In this document: in pieces, positions 8,527 to 18,454 of the stretch
How the letters are laid out: every line of letters starts with the position of its first letter
Position numbering within the stretch: position 1 is the stretch's first letter
Assembly (NCBI GenBank): GCA_944391065.1
Contig: CALXSH010000004.1
Location: 2,842-66,841, forward strand
From: an uncultured Kiritimatiellota bacterium
GTDB lineage: Bacteria > Verrucomicrobiota > Kiritimatiellia > RFP12 > DVOR01
Direction of reading: 5' to 3'
DNA: 64,000 nucleotides
Made by a program: the position numbers and the translations under genes
The notes under the pieces: generated by a model
What the model was told of the DNA's origin: nothing
Database searches by the model: none
The model's input: the letters and a program-made list of their open reading frames with translations, nothing else

Positions 8527-10599
8527 ATGAGGACATTGTTGGTTTTACTGGTGATTGCAATCTCTGGCGCGCTCCCGGCCCAAACGGATCGCGGCGCTTT
8601 TCGGCAGCCCGTCCCGGAGACAGGGCGGCCGGAGCTTCGCTGGCTGGACGAGGCCCTGTATGACTCCGGTTTTCTGTTCACCGACAAAGTCCGTCAGGCC
8701 TACTTTGATCTTTGCCTTGAACAGGTCGCCCCGGATTTGCATTTCAGCGAGGAGACTTGGGAGTGGCTGCTTGATCATCCGGCGGTGTTCAATGCCGCTT
8801 TTGCTTTCTCTTACCCGCCTAATCCCAACATTATTCATAACTTTGTCAAGCTTGCCAAACTCGTTGGACCGGTTTATGCGGAGAAATATCAGCAGCTGCT
8901 GATTGCTTTTGCCGTGGCCAATCGTGACCGACGGCTTCTTGAGTCTGTCCGGGGAGAGGGGCGTTACGGTTCGCTGATTGGGCGCAATCTGACTTATGAT
9001 CCCGGTTTCAAGGCCGAACTTGAAAAAGGCGTCGTCCAGCAAAACGGCTGGTATATCAATCATGACGTTGCGGTTCCCGCCGAGTCGGCCTTCGCCTCCG
9101 ACATGAACGGCGTTATCTTCCCCGACGAAGCCGAGCGCCGGACCCGTCTCCAGCGCCTTCACGCCAATTTTGATCTCGGAGGCGACGCCGACGCCAAAGC
9201 CGTTGCCAATTGGCTTAAGGCCAACCGAAGCACCAAGATTTATGAGATCATGAGCTTGGACTGGGACCGTTTCTATCAGAAGACCGGCATCAAACTGCGC
9301 GAGAAACGCGAGCCCAAGAGTCTCCCTTGGGACAAAATCGCCCATGTTGCCGGCCGTTATCCGCCCCGAACCTTTGCGACGGTTGCCGAGACCCTCTGTC
9401 TGCGCATTCAGCGGTATGAACAGAAGGGAGCAGAGCGCTCCAAACTTTTCCCGCTTTCCAAGGCGCCGTGGCCGCTGTTGCTTTTGCTGACTCAGAATGA
9501 TCCGGTCGATGAATCCACTTTTTTCTGGAATATGTACATGCGAACCGGCGGTGTGCCGGGGTATGCGACCTATTCATTCGACTATACGAAACCCGAAATT
9601 CGCTACAACGACGGCGTGTGGCATCCCGATGCCGCTCCGCGCATTCTCACCGACGGCGGTGTCTGCGGCCGTCTCTCCACCATGGCCGAATTTGCCCAGC
9701 GTTCCATCGGTACGCCGGCCCAAGGGATGGGGCAGCCCGGACACCGGGCCTTCATGACCTATGAATACGGCAATGGCCGTTACTCTGCGGCCATGCACCA
9801 TTCCGTCAATACCATCGACGTATCCACCGTGCAGTGGTGGCTCACGCCGGTCTGGGGCCCCACTTTCGACCAGAAGACCAAACTCAACGATTTCGGTGAG
9901 CTGAACGGGGCGAACAGTACCAATTATGAGCGTGACAATATCCGTTGGCATATTGGCCTCTGTGAGGCTATGAACCGCGGCCTCTCGTCTTGGGAGGATA
10001 CCCGTATGGCACTCATAATTTACGATTTTTACCCCGATGCCAGCAACGAGCAGAAGGAGGCTTTATTGCGGTCCGCATTCCTGCTCAACGTAGCCAACAC
10101 CGATGTCGTCTTCCGCCTGGCCAAACTCCGCAAGGGCAATGCGCGGCAGACCGAAAAACTCCGCGATGCTTTCCGTAGGGGCTTTGTCGACACGGCGGCC
10201 GGCTGTACCGGTGACGAGCCGATCAAAGCCGACCAGGATCTCTCCCGCCTGCTCCGCTCCAACGCCGTTGGCCCGCGCAATCCAAAGAAAGTGACCAACG
10301 AATGGGCGCTTTTTGTCCTCAACGGAATTTTTGTCGGCACTTACACCAATATCCCCGACGAATTCAGTGAGGATTACCAGAAGAACCGTCTGCAGTGGAT
10401 TGCAGACAAAAATGCTTATGCCAAAGTCGTCGCCGAAGAGCTCAAATATCAGAAGCGCCTCGGCAATTCGCCTTTCCTCGCAGAAGTCCAGCGTCTGAAC
10501 GACAAATACGACCGCGTGCGCCTCGGCGCCGAAATTGACCGGACCCGGACAGTCAAGGAAGAACGTGAGCGCCGGAAGGCGCAGGAAAACGCCTGGTAA
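8527..10599 (+). CDS. Large secreted hypothetical protein with a transglutaminase/papain-like Cys-His motif
   Basis: Signal peptide MRTLLVLLVIAISGALPA; GGVCGRLS...SIGTPAQGMGQPGHRAF. Start set at 8527 because TGGTATGCT lies 7 nt upstream. Confidence 0.65.
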   Translation: MRTLLVLLVIAISGALPAQTDRGAFRQPVPETGRPELRWLDEALYDSGFLFTDKVRQAYFDLCLEQVAPDLHFSEETWEWLLDHPAVFNAAFAFSYPPNPNIIHNFVKLAKLVGPVYAEKYQQLLIAFAVANRDRRLLESVRGEGRYGSLIGRNLTYDPGFKAELEKGVVQQNGWYINHDVAVPAESAFASDMNGVIFPDEAERRTRLQRLHANFDLGGDADAKAVANWLKANRSTKIYEIMSLDWDRFYQKTGIKLREKREPKSLPWDKIAHVAGRYPPRTFATVAETLCLRIQRYEQKGAERSKLFPLSKAPWPLLLLLTQNDPVDESTFFWNMYMRTGGVPGYATYSFDYTKPEIRYNDGVWHPDAAPRILTDGGVCGRLSTMAEFAQRSIGTPAQGMGQPGHRAFMTYEYGNGRYSAAMHHSVNTIDVSTVQWWLTPVWGPTFDQKTKLNDFGELNGANSTNYERDNIRWHIGLCEAMNRGLSSWEDTRMALIIYDFYPDASNEQKEALLRSAFLLNVANTDVVFRLAKLRKGNARQTEKLRDAFRRGFVDTAAGCTGDEPIKADQDLSRLLRSNAVGPRNPKKVTNEWALFVLNGIFVGTYTNIPDEFSEDYQKNRLQWIADKNAYAKVVAEELKYQKRLGNSPFLAEVQRLNDKYDRVRLGAEIDRTRTVKEERERRKAQENAW

Positions 10600-10632
10600 C
10601 CTCTCAGACCGGCGAAAAGTTTTCGGAACGCA

Positions 10633-11982
10633 ATGTTTTTCTTCAAGCGCAAGAACAAAGTCACCATCATTCCCCGTGAACAACACCGACTCTCCCGCAA
10701 GGACATCGATCCGGACGCACTGAAGGTGCTTTACCGCCTCGCCTCCCTCAACTACGAGGCCTATCTGGTCGGCGGCAGTGTCCGTGACCTGCTCCTCGGC
10801 CGCAAACCCAAGGACTTCGACGTCGGTACCGATGCCCGGCCGAACGAAATCCGCAGGGTCTTCCGCAACTGCTTCCTGATTGGCAAGCGTTTCCGTCTGG
10901 CCCACATCGTCTTCGGCAAAAAGGTCATCGAGACGGCGACCTTCCGCAAGGCCCCTGACGCCAACAGCGTGGCTGACGAGCACGGCCTCTACCAATATGA
11001 GGACAATACCTACGGCACTCCCGAGGAGGACGCCCTCCGACGCGACTTCACGGTCAATGGTCTCTTCTACGACATCAAGACCTTTGCCATCATCGACTGG
11101 GTCAACGGTCTCAAGGACCTTCAGGCCAAGGTTATCCGCTGCATTGGCGATCCCGACGTCCGTTTCGAAGAAGACCCCGTGCGCATGATGCGAGCCGTCC
11201 GCTTCGCGGCCAAGCTCGGTTTCACCGTCTGCGCCTCCGATGTGCGCGCCATCCGAAAGCATGCCCCCGCGCTGGCCAATGCCTCCGTCTCCCGCCTCTG
11301 CGAGGAGATTATGCGGCTCTTCGTCAAGGGCGCTTCGGAGCGTTCCATCCGGCTCTCCTACGAGTACGGCCTGCTGCGGCAGCTCCTGCCGAGCGTCACC
11401 GACTGGATGGACCACTCCAAAGCCAATGCCGAAGCCGTCTTCGCGTCTCTCCGCGCTCTCGACGAAGCGACCGAGGCAGAGGGTTTCGAATCAACCGCGG
11501 CCGTCGCCTTCGCCGCGATGCTCTGGCCGATGGTCTCTGAGGCCGTCGCCGCGGCCCCTTCCGGCCGCCGCCGCAACGACCGTTTCGCCCGTCGTTGCGC
11601 CGCGCAGGAGGCCTTCGCCCCCATTGTCGCAAAGTACAAGCTCCCCCGTGCCGTCTGGATGACCGCCGTCGACCTCCTTGAGCTCCACTCCCGGTTCTGG
11701 GAGCAGCCCAACCCCGCCAGCTCGCGCGACGCGCGCTTCGTGATGCACTCCGTCTGGCCCGAGGCCTGGATGTTCGCCCGCGCCCTCATCCGTGTCACGC
11801 CCGATCGCCCGTGGAAACTCGACGCCTGGCGCGCCTACTCCGAATCCCTCGGCAACCGTATGGGCAAGGCTTCCGACGGGGAGAGGCCCCGCAAACCCCA
11901 CGCCCGCCGCCGCCGTCCGCGCCGCCGCAAGGGCGGTGACCGCGGCAACGCCACCCAACCCGCGGCCACGGCCGGAGCCTGA
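10633..11982 (+). CDS. pcnB: Poly(A) polymerase I
   Basis: LVGGSVRDLLLGRKPKDFDV, PAP-specific LIGKRFRLAHIVF signature, RRDFTVN, EDPVRMMRA, basic C-terminal tail. Confidence 0.9.
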   Translation: MFFFKRKNKVTIIPREQHRLSRKDIDPDALKVLYRLASLNYEAYLVGGSVRDLLLGRKPKDFDVGTDARPNEIRRVFRNCFLIGKRFRLAHIVFGKKVIETATFRKAPDANSVADEHGLYQYEDNTYGTPEEDALRRDFTVNGLFYDIKTFAIIDWVNGLKDLQAKVIRCIGDPDVRFEEDPVRMMRAVRFAAKLGFTVCASDVRAIRKHAPALANASVSRLCEEIMRLFVKGASERSIRLSYEYGLLRQLLPSVTDWMDHSKANAEAVFASLRALDEATEAEGFESTAAVAFAAMLWPMVSEAVAAAPSGRRRNDRFARRCAAQEAFAPIVAKYKLPRAVWMTAVDLLELHSRFWEQPNPASSRDARFVMHSVWPEAWMFARALIRVTPDRPWKLDAWRAYSESLGNRMGKASDGERPRKPHARRRRPRRRKGGDRGNATQPAATAGA

Positions 11983-12117
11983 CGCTTCGGCTGTCTGCCG
12001 GCGTCCCCCGCCTCGCCGCTCTTTCATCCCGACGCATTTTCTGCACGCTGACCGCGATTGGCCGTCACCGAAGGGTGGCGGCCGAATGTTGTAGGGGCGG
12101 TGCGAGAAAATCTTTAA

Positions 12118-12216
12118 TTACGGAAATGTAATGGGTAGGGCGGCGAATAGCGGGCATGAGGTGAGGAAGTAGGGGGATTCTTTACGGATGTGTAATGGAG
12201 ATGACAGGAAGTGTAA
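12118..12216. promoter_or_regulatory. Candidate operators TTAC-N6-GTAA upstream of gltBD
   Basis: TTACGGAAATGTAATGG (12118) and TTACGGATGTGTAATGG (12182); weaker third copy near 12202. Confidence 0.5.
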
Positions 12217-12320
12217 TCGATAGGCGGGCGCGAGCGGAGGAAGAATCACGCAGAGGGGATGGGGGGTTTGTTATAGTAAAGCGAATTTCAGCACGAGTGA
12301 GACGAGCAAAGGAGCTGAGT

Positions 12321-15300
12321 ATGGACCATCGACAGCGGGAATCCTCCCCGAAACCTTTCTTTTCGCAGCCAGACGTTGGGCTGTACAGCTTTGGTAACGA
12401 ACATGACGCGTGCGGCATCGGTTTTGTTGCGGATCTGAACAACAAAGCCGATCACAGCATCGTGACGCGGGCCCTGACTGTATTGGAGAAGCTGACGCAC
12501 CGCGGCAGCGCCGGCAATGACGTGAAGACCGGTGACGGCGCGGGCATTCTGACGTCCCTGCCGGACGCCTTTTTCCGCGCGGTCGTCGGGACGGAGCTCC
12601 CGGCGCGCGGCCGTTACGGCGTGGCGATGCTCTTCGGCGCGAAGGGCAAGGAAAGGCTTATTGACCGTCTGGTGAAGGCGGAGGGCTGCACGCCGATTCT
12701 GTGGCGCGCGGTGCCGACGGACGATTCGACGCTGGGCGTGACGGCCAAGAAGTCGTGCCCGTCGATCCACCAGCTCTTCATCGCGGCCCCGGAGACGATG
12801 GAGCAGGACGCGTTCGAACGCAAGCTTTATGTGATCCGCCGTCAGATCGAGAAGAACGTGGATGCGTGCTATCCCTGCTCGTGTTCTTCCCGCAGCATCG
12901 TCTACAAGGGCCTGCTGCTGGCGTCGCAGATCGGTGCTTTCTATCTGGATCTGCAGGATGAGCGCTATGTTTCTCCGCTGGCGCTGGTGCATCAGCGCTA
13001 TTCGACCAACACGCTGCCGGCGTGGCATCTGGCGCAGCCTTTCCGTATGTTGGCGCATAACGGCGAAATCAACACGCTGCGCGGCAATCTGAACCACATC
13101 CGCGCGGCGGAGCCTTCGCTGAAGAGTGTGCTGCTGGGTGACGACCTTCAGAAGATTCTGCCGGTGACCCGTCCGGACCAGTCCGACTCGGCGTGCCTGG
13201 ACAATGTCTTCGAGCTTCTCTGTGCGTCGGGGCGCACGATGACGCACAGCATGGTGATGATGATTCCGCAGGCGTGGGGGCAGAAGTATCACCTCGGTCA
13301 GGACGTGCGCGGTTTCCTCGATTACCACAGCGCCCTGATGCCGCCGTGGGACGGTCCCGCCGCCGTGGCCTTCTCCGACGGCGTGAACATCGGTGCCATC
13401 CTGGACCGCAACGGTCTGCGTCCGGCCCGCTACAAGCTGACGAAGGACAATCTCTTCGTGCTCGCTTCCGAGACGGGCGTGCTGCCGATTCCCGCCGAGG
13501 ACACGAAGCTTTCGGGCCGTCTGGCGCCCGGCAGCGTCATTTTCTGCGATCTGGAGAACCACCGCCTGCTCTTTGACAACGAGGTTAAGTCGACGCTGGC
13601 CCGTCAGGCGCCGTACCGCCGCTGGGTCAATGAAAAGCGTATCAGCGTCCAGGGCTTCTTCGATTCTGTCGCTGCGGCGGCCGTGCCGGATGACCTGCAC
13701 CGCCGTCAGCGCCTCTTCGGTTATACCAAGGAAGACGTAGAGACGCTGATCGCGCCGATGGCTTCCACCGGCGGTGAGGCGACGGGCGCGATGGGCAATG
13801 ACGCGGCGCTGGCCTTCCTCTCCGCCAAGCCCCAGTCACTCTTTGCCTACTTCAAGCAGCGGTTCGCCCAGGTGACTAACCCGCCGATCGACTCGATCCG
13901 TGAGGCTCTGGTGATGAGCCTGATGACCTTCATCGGCAACCGCGGCAACATCCTGGAGGAAGGTCCCGAGCACGCGGCCATCATCAAGTTGCCGAGCCCT
14001 GTGCTGACGGCCGAGGACGTCTGCCGTCTCAGCGGCGCGACCATCCGTACGGGCTTTACCGGCGGCGAGGCCGGGCTGAGGAAGGCGCTGCGCCGCATCT
14101 CCTCCGAGGCGGTGTCCCATGTCCGCGTCGGCCAGACCATCCTGGTCCTGAGCGACCGCGATCTTGGGGTGGGCGAGCTGCCGATTCCGGCGCTGCTGGC
14201 GCTTTCGGCGGTCAACCGCGCGCTGACCGAGGCGGGGCTGCGTCCTTCGGCCGGTCTGATTGTGCAGTCTGGCGAAGTCCGCGAGACGATGCATGTGGCC
14301 CTGTTGCTCGGCTACGGCGCCACGGCGGTGTCACCCTATCTGGCCTTCGAGACAGTCTCTGATCTCTGCCGCTCCGGTCTCGTGGCGTTGGATCCGGCCA
14401 AAGCCTCCGACAATTTCATCAATGCCATCGACAAGGGCCTGCTGAAGATCATGTCCAAGATGGGCATTTCCACGCTGCGCTCCTACCGCGGTGCCCAGAT
14501 CTTCGAGGCACTCGGTCTGAACGAGTCCTTCGTCGAGGAGTGGTTCCCCGGAACGCCTTCGCGCGTCGGCGGCATCGGCCTCAGGGAGATCGCCGCCAAC
14601 GTGGCCCGCATGGCCGAGGAGGGCGCCAACGACAGGCGCACGACGCTGCCGCCCGGCGGCGCCTACCGTTGGCGTCATGACGGTGAGAAGCACCTGTGGA
14701 CGCCCGATACAATTGCGCTCTTTCGGCAGGCTTCCTGGCAGAACGATGCGGCGGCTTACGCGCAGTACGCCCGCCTGATCAACGAGCAGAGCGACGGTCC
14801 CTGCACGCTCCGCTCTCTGCTGAAGTTCAAAAAGGCCAAGAAACCCTTGCCGCTGAGCAAGGTCGAGCCGGTCGAGAGCATTCTGAAGCACTTCGTCTCC
14901 GGCGCCATGTCGCTCGGCTCCCTTTCGCCCGAGGCCCACGAAGCCATCGCCATCGCGATGAACGCCATCGGCGGCATGTCCAACTCCGGTGAGGGCGGTG
15001 AGGACCCCGACCGCGCGACGCCCGGTCCGAACGGTGAAAACCGTTCTTCCGCCATCCGTCAGGTGGCCTCGGGCCGTTTCGGCGTGACGATTTCCTATTT
15101 GGCCGGCGGCCGTGAGATTCAGATCAAAATGGCCCAGGGCGCGAAGCCCGGTGAGGGCGGTCAGCTGCCCGGCTTCAAGGTCGACGAGTTCGTCGCCAAG
15201 GTCCGACACGCGGTGCCCGGCATCTCGCTGATTAGCCCGCCGCCGCACCACGACATTTACTCCATTGAGGACTTTGCCCAGCTCATCTTCGATCTGCGCT

Positions 15301-16757
15301 GCACCAATCCGCATGCGCGTATCTCGACGAAGCTTGTCAGCGAGGCCGGCATTGGCACCATCGCGGCCGGCGTGGCCAAGGCCCACAGCGACGTCATCCT
15401 CGTTTCGGGGTATGACGGCGGTACGGGCGCTTCGCCGCAGAGCTCAATCAAGCACGCCGGTCTGCCGTGGGAACTCGGCTTAGCTGAGGCCCATCAGGCG
15501 TTGCTGGTCAACCGTCTGCGCAACCGCGTCCGCCTGCAGGTCGACGGTCAGCTCAAGACCGGCCGCGACGTCATGATCGGCGCGCTGCTCGGTGCGCAGG
15601 AGTTCGGCTTCGCCACGACGATTCTGGTAGCGCTGGGCTGCGGTATGCTGCGCAAGTGCAACGAGAACAATTGCCCCTTCGGCGTGGCCACGCAGGATCC
15701 CGAGTGCCGCAAGCACTTCCGCGGCCGCCCGGAGTACATCGTCAACTTCCTTCGCTTCGTCGCCGAGGAGGTGCGCGGGTATCTGGCCGAGCTCGGCCTG
15801 AAGAGCCTTGACGAGGCCGTCGGGCGCGCCGATCTGCTTGAATCCTCGCCGCGCGCGCGTCATTATCACGCCGACTTCTCGAAGATTCTCCATTACGATC
15901 CGGTGCTGGTCCGCGCCTGCAACCGCGAGGGAACGCCCCGGATTCTGCCGGAGCCCTATGACGAGACCCATCTGCTGCCGAAGCTGGCCGACGCCGTCGC
16001 TGCCGGTACGCCGGCCAAGATGGAGCTGCCGATTGTCAGCACCGACCGCGTGGTCGGTACCGGCCTCTCCGGTGAGATCGCCCGCCATTGGGGCGAAGCC
16101 GGTCTGCCGGACGGAACCTTCGACCTGACCTTCCATGGCGTGGCCGGGCAGAGTTTCGGCGCATTCCTGGCGCGTGGCGTCCGCCTGACGCTCGTCGGCG
16201 AGGCTAACGATACCGTCGGCAAGGGCCTGAGCGGCGGCACGGTCATCGTCCGTCCCGAACCGGCGCTGGCCGATGAGGCCAACCGTCTCGACATCGTCGG
16301 CAACGTCGTCGGTTACGGCGGCACCTCCGGCAAGCTCTTCATCAACGGCCGCGCAGGCGAGCGCTTCTGCATCCGCAATTCCGGCATCACGGCAGTCGTC
16401 GAAGGGGTGGGTGACCATGGCTGCGAATACATGACCGGTGGCCGCGTCGTCATCCTCGGCCCGGCGGGCATCAACTTCGCCGCCGGCATGACGGGCGGTC
16501 TTGCCTACGTCTATGACGCCGACGGCTCCTTCGACCTGCGCTGCAACCTCGATACCGTCGACCTCGAGCCGGTCGCGGCCGGCAGCGAGGCCGAGGCCGA
16601 ACTGACGGGCCTGATGCGCGAGCATATCGAAGCCACAGGGTCTCATTTCGCCACCTACCTGTTGGAGCACTGGGATGCCGAGCGCGCGGCCTTCGTCCGC
16701 GTCGTCCCTGTCGAGTACCGTAAATTTCTTGCTGCCGCGAAAGGAGGACAGCACTGA
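12321..16757 (+). CDS. gltB: Glutamate synthase large subunit
   Basis: EHDACGIG, HQRYSTNT, HNGEINT, FAQVTNPPID, QIKMAQGAKPGEGGQLPG, GDHGCEYMTGG. RBS aaggag precedes ATG 12321. Confidence 0.97.
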   Translation: MDHRQRESSPKPFFSQPDVGLYSFGNEHDACGIGFVADLNNKADHSIVTRALTVLEKLTHRGSAGNDVKTGDGAGILTSLPDAFFRAVVGTELPARGRYGVAMLFGAKGKERLIDRLVKAEGCTPILWRAVPTDDSTLGVTAKKSCPSIHQLFIAAPETMEQDAFERKLYVIRRQIEKNVDACYPCSCSSRSIVYKGLLLASQIGAFYLDLQDERYVSPLALVHQRYSTNTLPAWHLAQPFRMLAHNGEINTLRGNLNHIRAAEPSLKSVLLGDDLQKILPVTRPDQSDSACLDNVFELLCASGRTMTHSMVMMIPQAWGQKYHLGQDVRGFLDYHSALMPPWDGPAAVAFSDGVNIGAILDRNGLRPARYKLTKDNLFVLASETGVLPIPAEDTKLSGRLAPGSVIFCDLENHRLLFDNEVKSTLARQAPYRRWVNEKRISVQGFFDSVAAAAVPDDLHRRQRLFGYTKEDVETLIAPMASTGGEATGAMGNDAALAFLSAKPQSLFAYFKQRFAQVTNPPIDSIREALVMSLMTFIGNRGNILEEGPEHAAIIKLPSPVLTAEDVCRLSGATIRTGFTGGEAGLRKALRRISSEAVSHVRVGQTILVLSDRDLGVGELPIPALLALSAVNRALTEAGLRPSAGLIVQSGEVRETMHVALLLGYGATAVSPYLAFETVSDLCRSGLVALDPAKASDNFINAIDKGLLKIMSKMGISTLRSYRGAQIFEALGLNESFVEEWFPGTPSRVGGIGLREIAANVARMAEEGANDRRTTLPPGGAYRWRHDGEKHLWTPDTIALFRQASWQNDAAAYAQYARLINEQSDGPCTLRSLLKFKKAKKPLPLSKVEPVESILKHFVSGAMSLGSLSPEAHEAIAIAMNAIGGMSNSGEGGEDPDRATPGPNGENRSSAIRQVASGRFGVTISYLAGGREIQIKMAQGAKPGEGGQLPGFKVDEFVAKVRHAVPGISLISPPPHHDIYSIEDFAQLIFDLRCTNPHARISTKLVSEAGIGTIAAGVAKAHSDVILVSGYDGGTGASPQSSIKHAGLPWELGLAEAHQALLVNRLRNRVRLQVDGQLKTGRDVMIGALLGAQEFGFATTILVALGCGMLRKCNENNCPFGVATQDPECRKHFRGRPEYIVNFLRFVAEEVRGYLAELGLKSLDEAVGRADLLESSPRARHYHADFSKILHYDPVLVRACNREGTPRILPEPYDETHLLPKLADAVAAGTPAKMELPIVSTDRVVGTGLSGEIARHWGEAGLPDGTFDLTFHGVAGQSFGAFLARGVRLTLVGEANDTVGKGLSGGTVIVRPEPALADEANRLDIVGNVVGYGGTSGKLFINGRAGERFCIRNSGITAVVEGVGDHGCEYMTGGRVVILGPAGINFAAGMTGGLAYVYDADGSFDLRCNLDTVDLEPVAAGSEAEAELTGLMREHIEATGSHFATYLLEHWDAERAAFVRVVPVEYRKFLAAAKGGQH

Positions 16758-18130
16758 TGGCTAAGCTCTTTGCCGAAATTTCGCGCGCCGAGGCGCCGTA
16801 CCGTCCCGTCAAGGTCCGCCGCAACGACTATGATGAGGTTGAGGCACCGATGACCCGTGAGCAGCTCGTGCCGCAGGCGCGCCGCTGTCTCAACTGCGGT
16901 GTCCCCTTCTGCCACGGCACCGGGTGCCCGCTGCACAACCGCATCCCCGACTTCAATACGGCCGTCGCCACGGGACGTATGCAGGAAGCCTGGGAAATCC
17001 TCAGCGAGACCAGCGCCTTCCCCGAATTCACCTCGCGCGTCTGTCCCGCGCTCTGCGAAGGCAGCTGCACGCTGGGCGGCGCGGAGTTCGATTCCGTCAC
17101 CATCCGTCAGATCGAGAAGCTGATTGTCGAGACGGCCTACGCGAACGGTTGGGTCAAGCCCCTGCCGCCCGTACCCGAAGAGGCTCCGCACGTGGCCGTC
17201 ATCGGCAGCGGTCCTGCCGGTCTGGCGGCCGCCCACACGCTGACAGCGGTCGGTTTCCACGTGACGGTCTACGAAGCCGGCCACGAACCCGGCGGTCTCC
17301 TCCGCTACGGCATTCCCCATTTCAAACTCGACAAGCGTGTCATTGACCGCCGTCTGGCTCTGCTGAAACAGGCCGGCGTGCGCTTTGTCTGCGACGCAAA
17401 GATCGGTGAGGCCATCAGCGGCGCCTATCTGGCGGCCCGCTATGCCGGTGTCGTCGTGGCCTGCGGCACGCCCGTGGCCCGCGACCTGCGCATTCCCGGC
17501 CGCGAGTCCTGCGGCGTGCACTTCGCCCTCGAGTTTCTGCAGGGGCAGAACCGCGTCTGCTCCGGTGAGGCCGTCGTGAATCCCGTCGACGTCAAGGGCC
17601 GTCGCGTCCTGATCATCGGCGGCGGCGATACCGGCAGCGACTGCGCCGGTACGGCCATCCGCAACGGCGCCACCTCCGTGATGCAGATCGAAATCATGCC
17701 TGAGCCGCCCGAGAAGCGCAGCGAATCGACGCTCTGGCCGAAGTGGCCCTACCTCCTGCGGACCTCCTCCTCCCAGAAGGAAGGCATGGCCCGCCGCTGG
17801 GCGCTCGCCTCCGACCGCTTCGAGGTTAAGGGGGACCGTGTGACCGGCGTCCGCGTCCGCCAGGTGAAGTGGTCCTTCAACCCTTGGGGCAAGCCGCTCT
17901 CCTTTGAGCCGATACCGGACACCGAGGAACTCATCCGCGCCGATGTCGTGTTGATCGCCATGGGCTTCATCCGTCAGGACCGCGCCGCCACGCTCGCCTC
18001 CCTGGGACTGCCCGACACCGACCGCGTCCTGGTCGTCGGCGATGCCGCCAACGGGCCCTCCCTCGTGGTCCGTGCGTTGGCCGACGCCAAGAACCGTACG
18101 GCCGCTTGGGCCGCCATGCTCAAGGCCTGA
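16757..18130 (+). CDS. gltD: Glutamate synthase small subunit
   Basis: RCLNCGVPFC, FPEFTSRVCPALCEGSC, IGSGPAGL, IGGGDTGSDC; start overlaps the gltB stop. Confidence 0.95.
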   Translation: MAKLFAEISRAEAPYRPVKVRRNDYDEVEAPMTREQLVPQARRCLNCGVPFCHGTGCPLHNRIPDFNTAVATGRMQEAWEILSETSAFPEFTSRVCPALCEGSCTLGGAEFDSVTIRQIEKLIVETAYANGWVKPLPPVPEEAPHVAVIGSGPAGLAAAHTLTAVGFHVTVYEAGHEPGGLLRYGIPHFKLDKRVIDRRLALLKQAGVRFVCDAKIGEAISGAYLAARYAGVVVACGTPVARDLRIPGRESCGVHFALEFLQGQNRVCSGEAVVNPVDVKGRRVLIIGGGDTGSDCAGTAIRNGATSVMQIEIMPEPPEKRSESTLWPKWPYLLRTSSSQKEGMARRWALASDRFEVKGDRVTGVRVRQVKWSFNPWGKPLSFEPIPDTEELIRADVVLIAMGFIRQDRAATLASLGLPDTDRVLVVGDAANGPSLVVRALADAKNRTAAWAAMLKA

Positions 18131-18154
18131 GTCCAAACCGTCGGTCCCTGAAAC

Positions 18155-18190
18155 AAAAAAGCCCGCGCCGGAAAACGGCGCGGGCTTTTT
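18155..18190. terminator. Bidirectional intrinsic terminator
   Basis: aaaaaagcccgcgccg-gaaaa-cggcgcgggcttttt. Confidence 0.85.
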
Positions 18191-18272
18191 CGATGACACG
18201 GTGGGCGCATCGTGCGTGGGACGGACCGCCGGATAACAAAGAAGGCCTGTCCTTGCGGACAGGCCTTGAAGT

Positions 18273-18349
18273 TGGGGCGAAAGACGGGGCACGATCCCGC
18301 GACAACCAGATCCACAATCTGGGGCTCTACCAACTGAGCTACTTTCGCC
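18273..18349 (-). tRNA. tRNA-His(GTG) with encoded G-1 and CCA
   Basis: GGCGAAAGTAGCTCAGTTGGTAGAGCCCCAGATTGTGGATCTGGTTGTCGCGGGATCGTGCCCCGTCTTTCGCCCCA folds as a cloverleaf with an 8-bp acceptor stem (G-1:C73). Confidence 0.93.
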
Positions 18350-18363
18350 AGCGAACGAGCGGA

Positions 18364-18393
18364 ATAGTATCAAAAGCCTTTCCTTGAACGCAA
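18364..18393 (-). promoter_or_regulatory. Sigma70-type promoter of tRNA-His
   Basis: TTGCGT-N18-TACTAT with extended TG; same architecture as the promoter at 28840. Confidence 0.6.
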
Positions 18394-18454
18394 GGATTTT
18401 CTTTGTTATTCTTTGCCTTCATCCGGCGGTTTGGTGCCGGAGAAAGGATTTTTC

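Noticed and set aside
16655-18373. Long antisense ORFs (this 572-aa one, also 36313-38208, 38679-40307, 47307-48950, 12288-13700)
   Set aside because: Shadow ORFs opposite well-supported genes, expected from high GC3 codon bias; no motifs.
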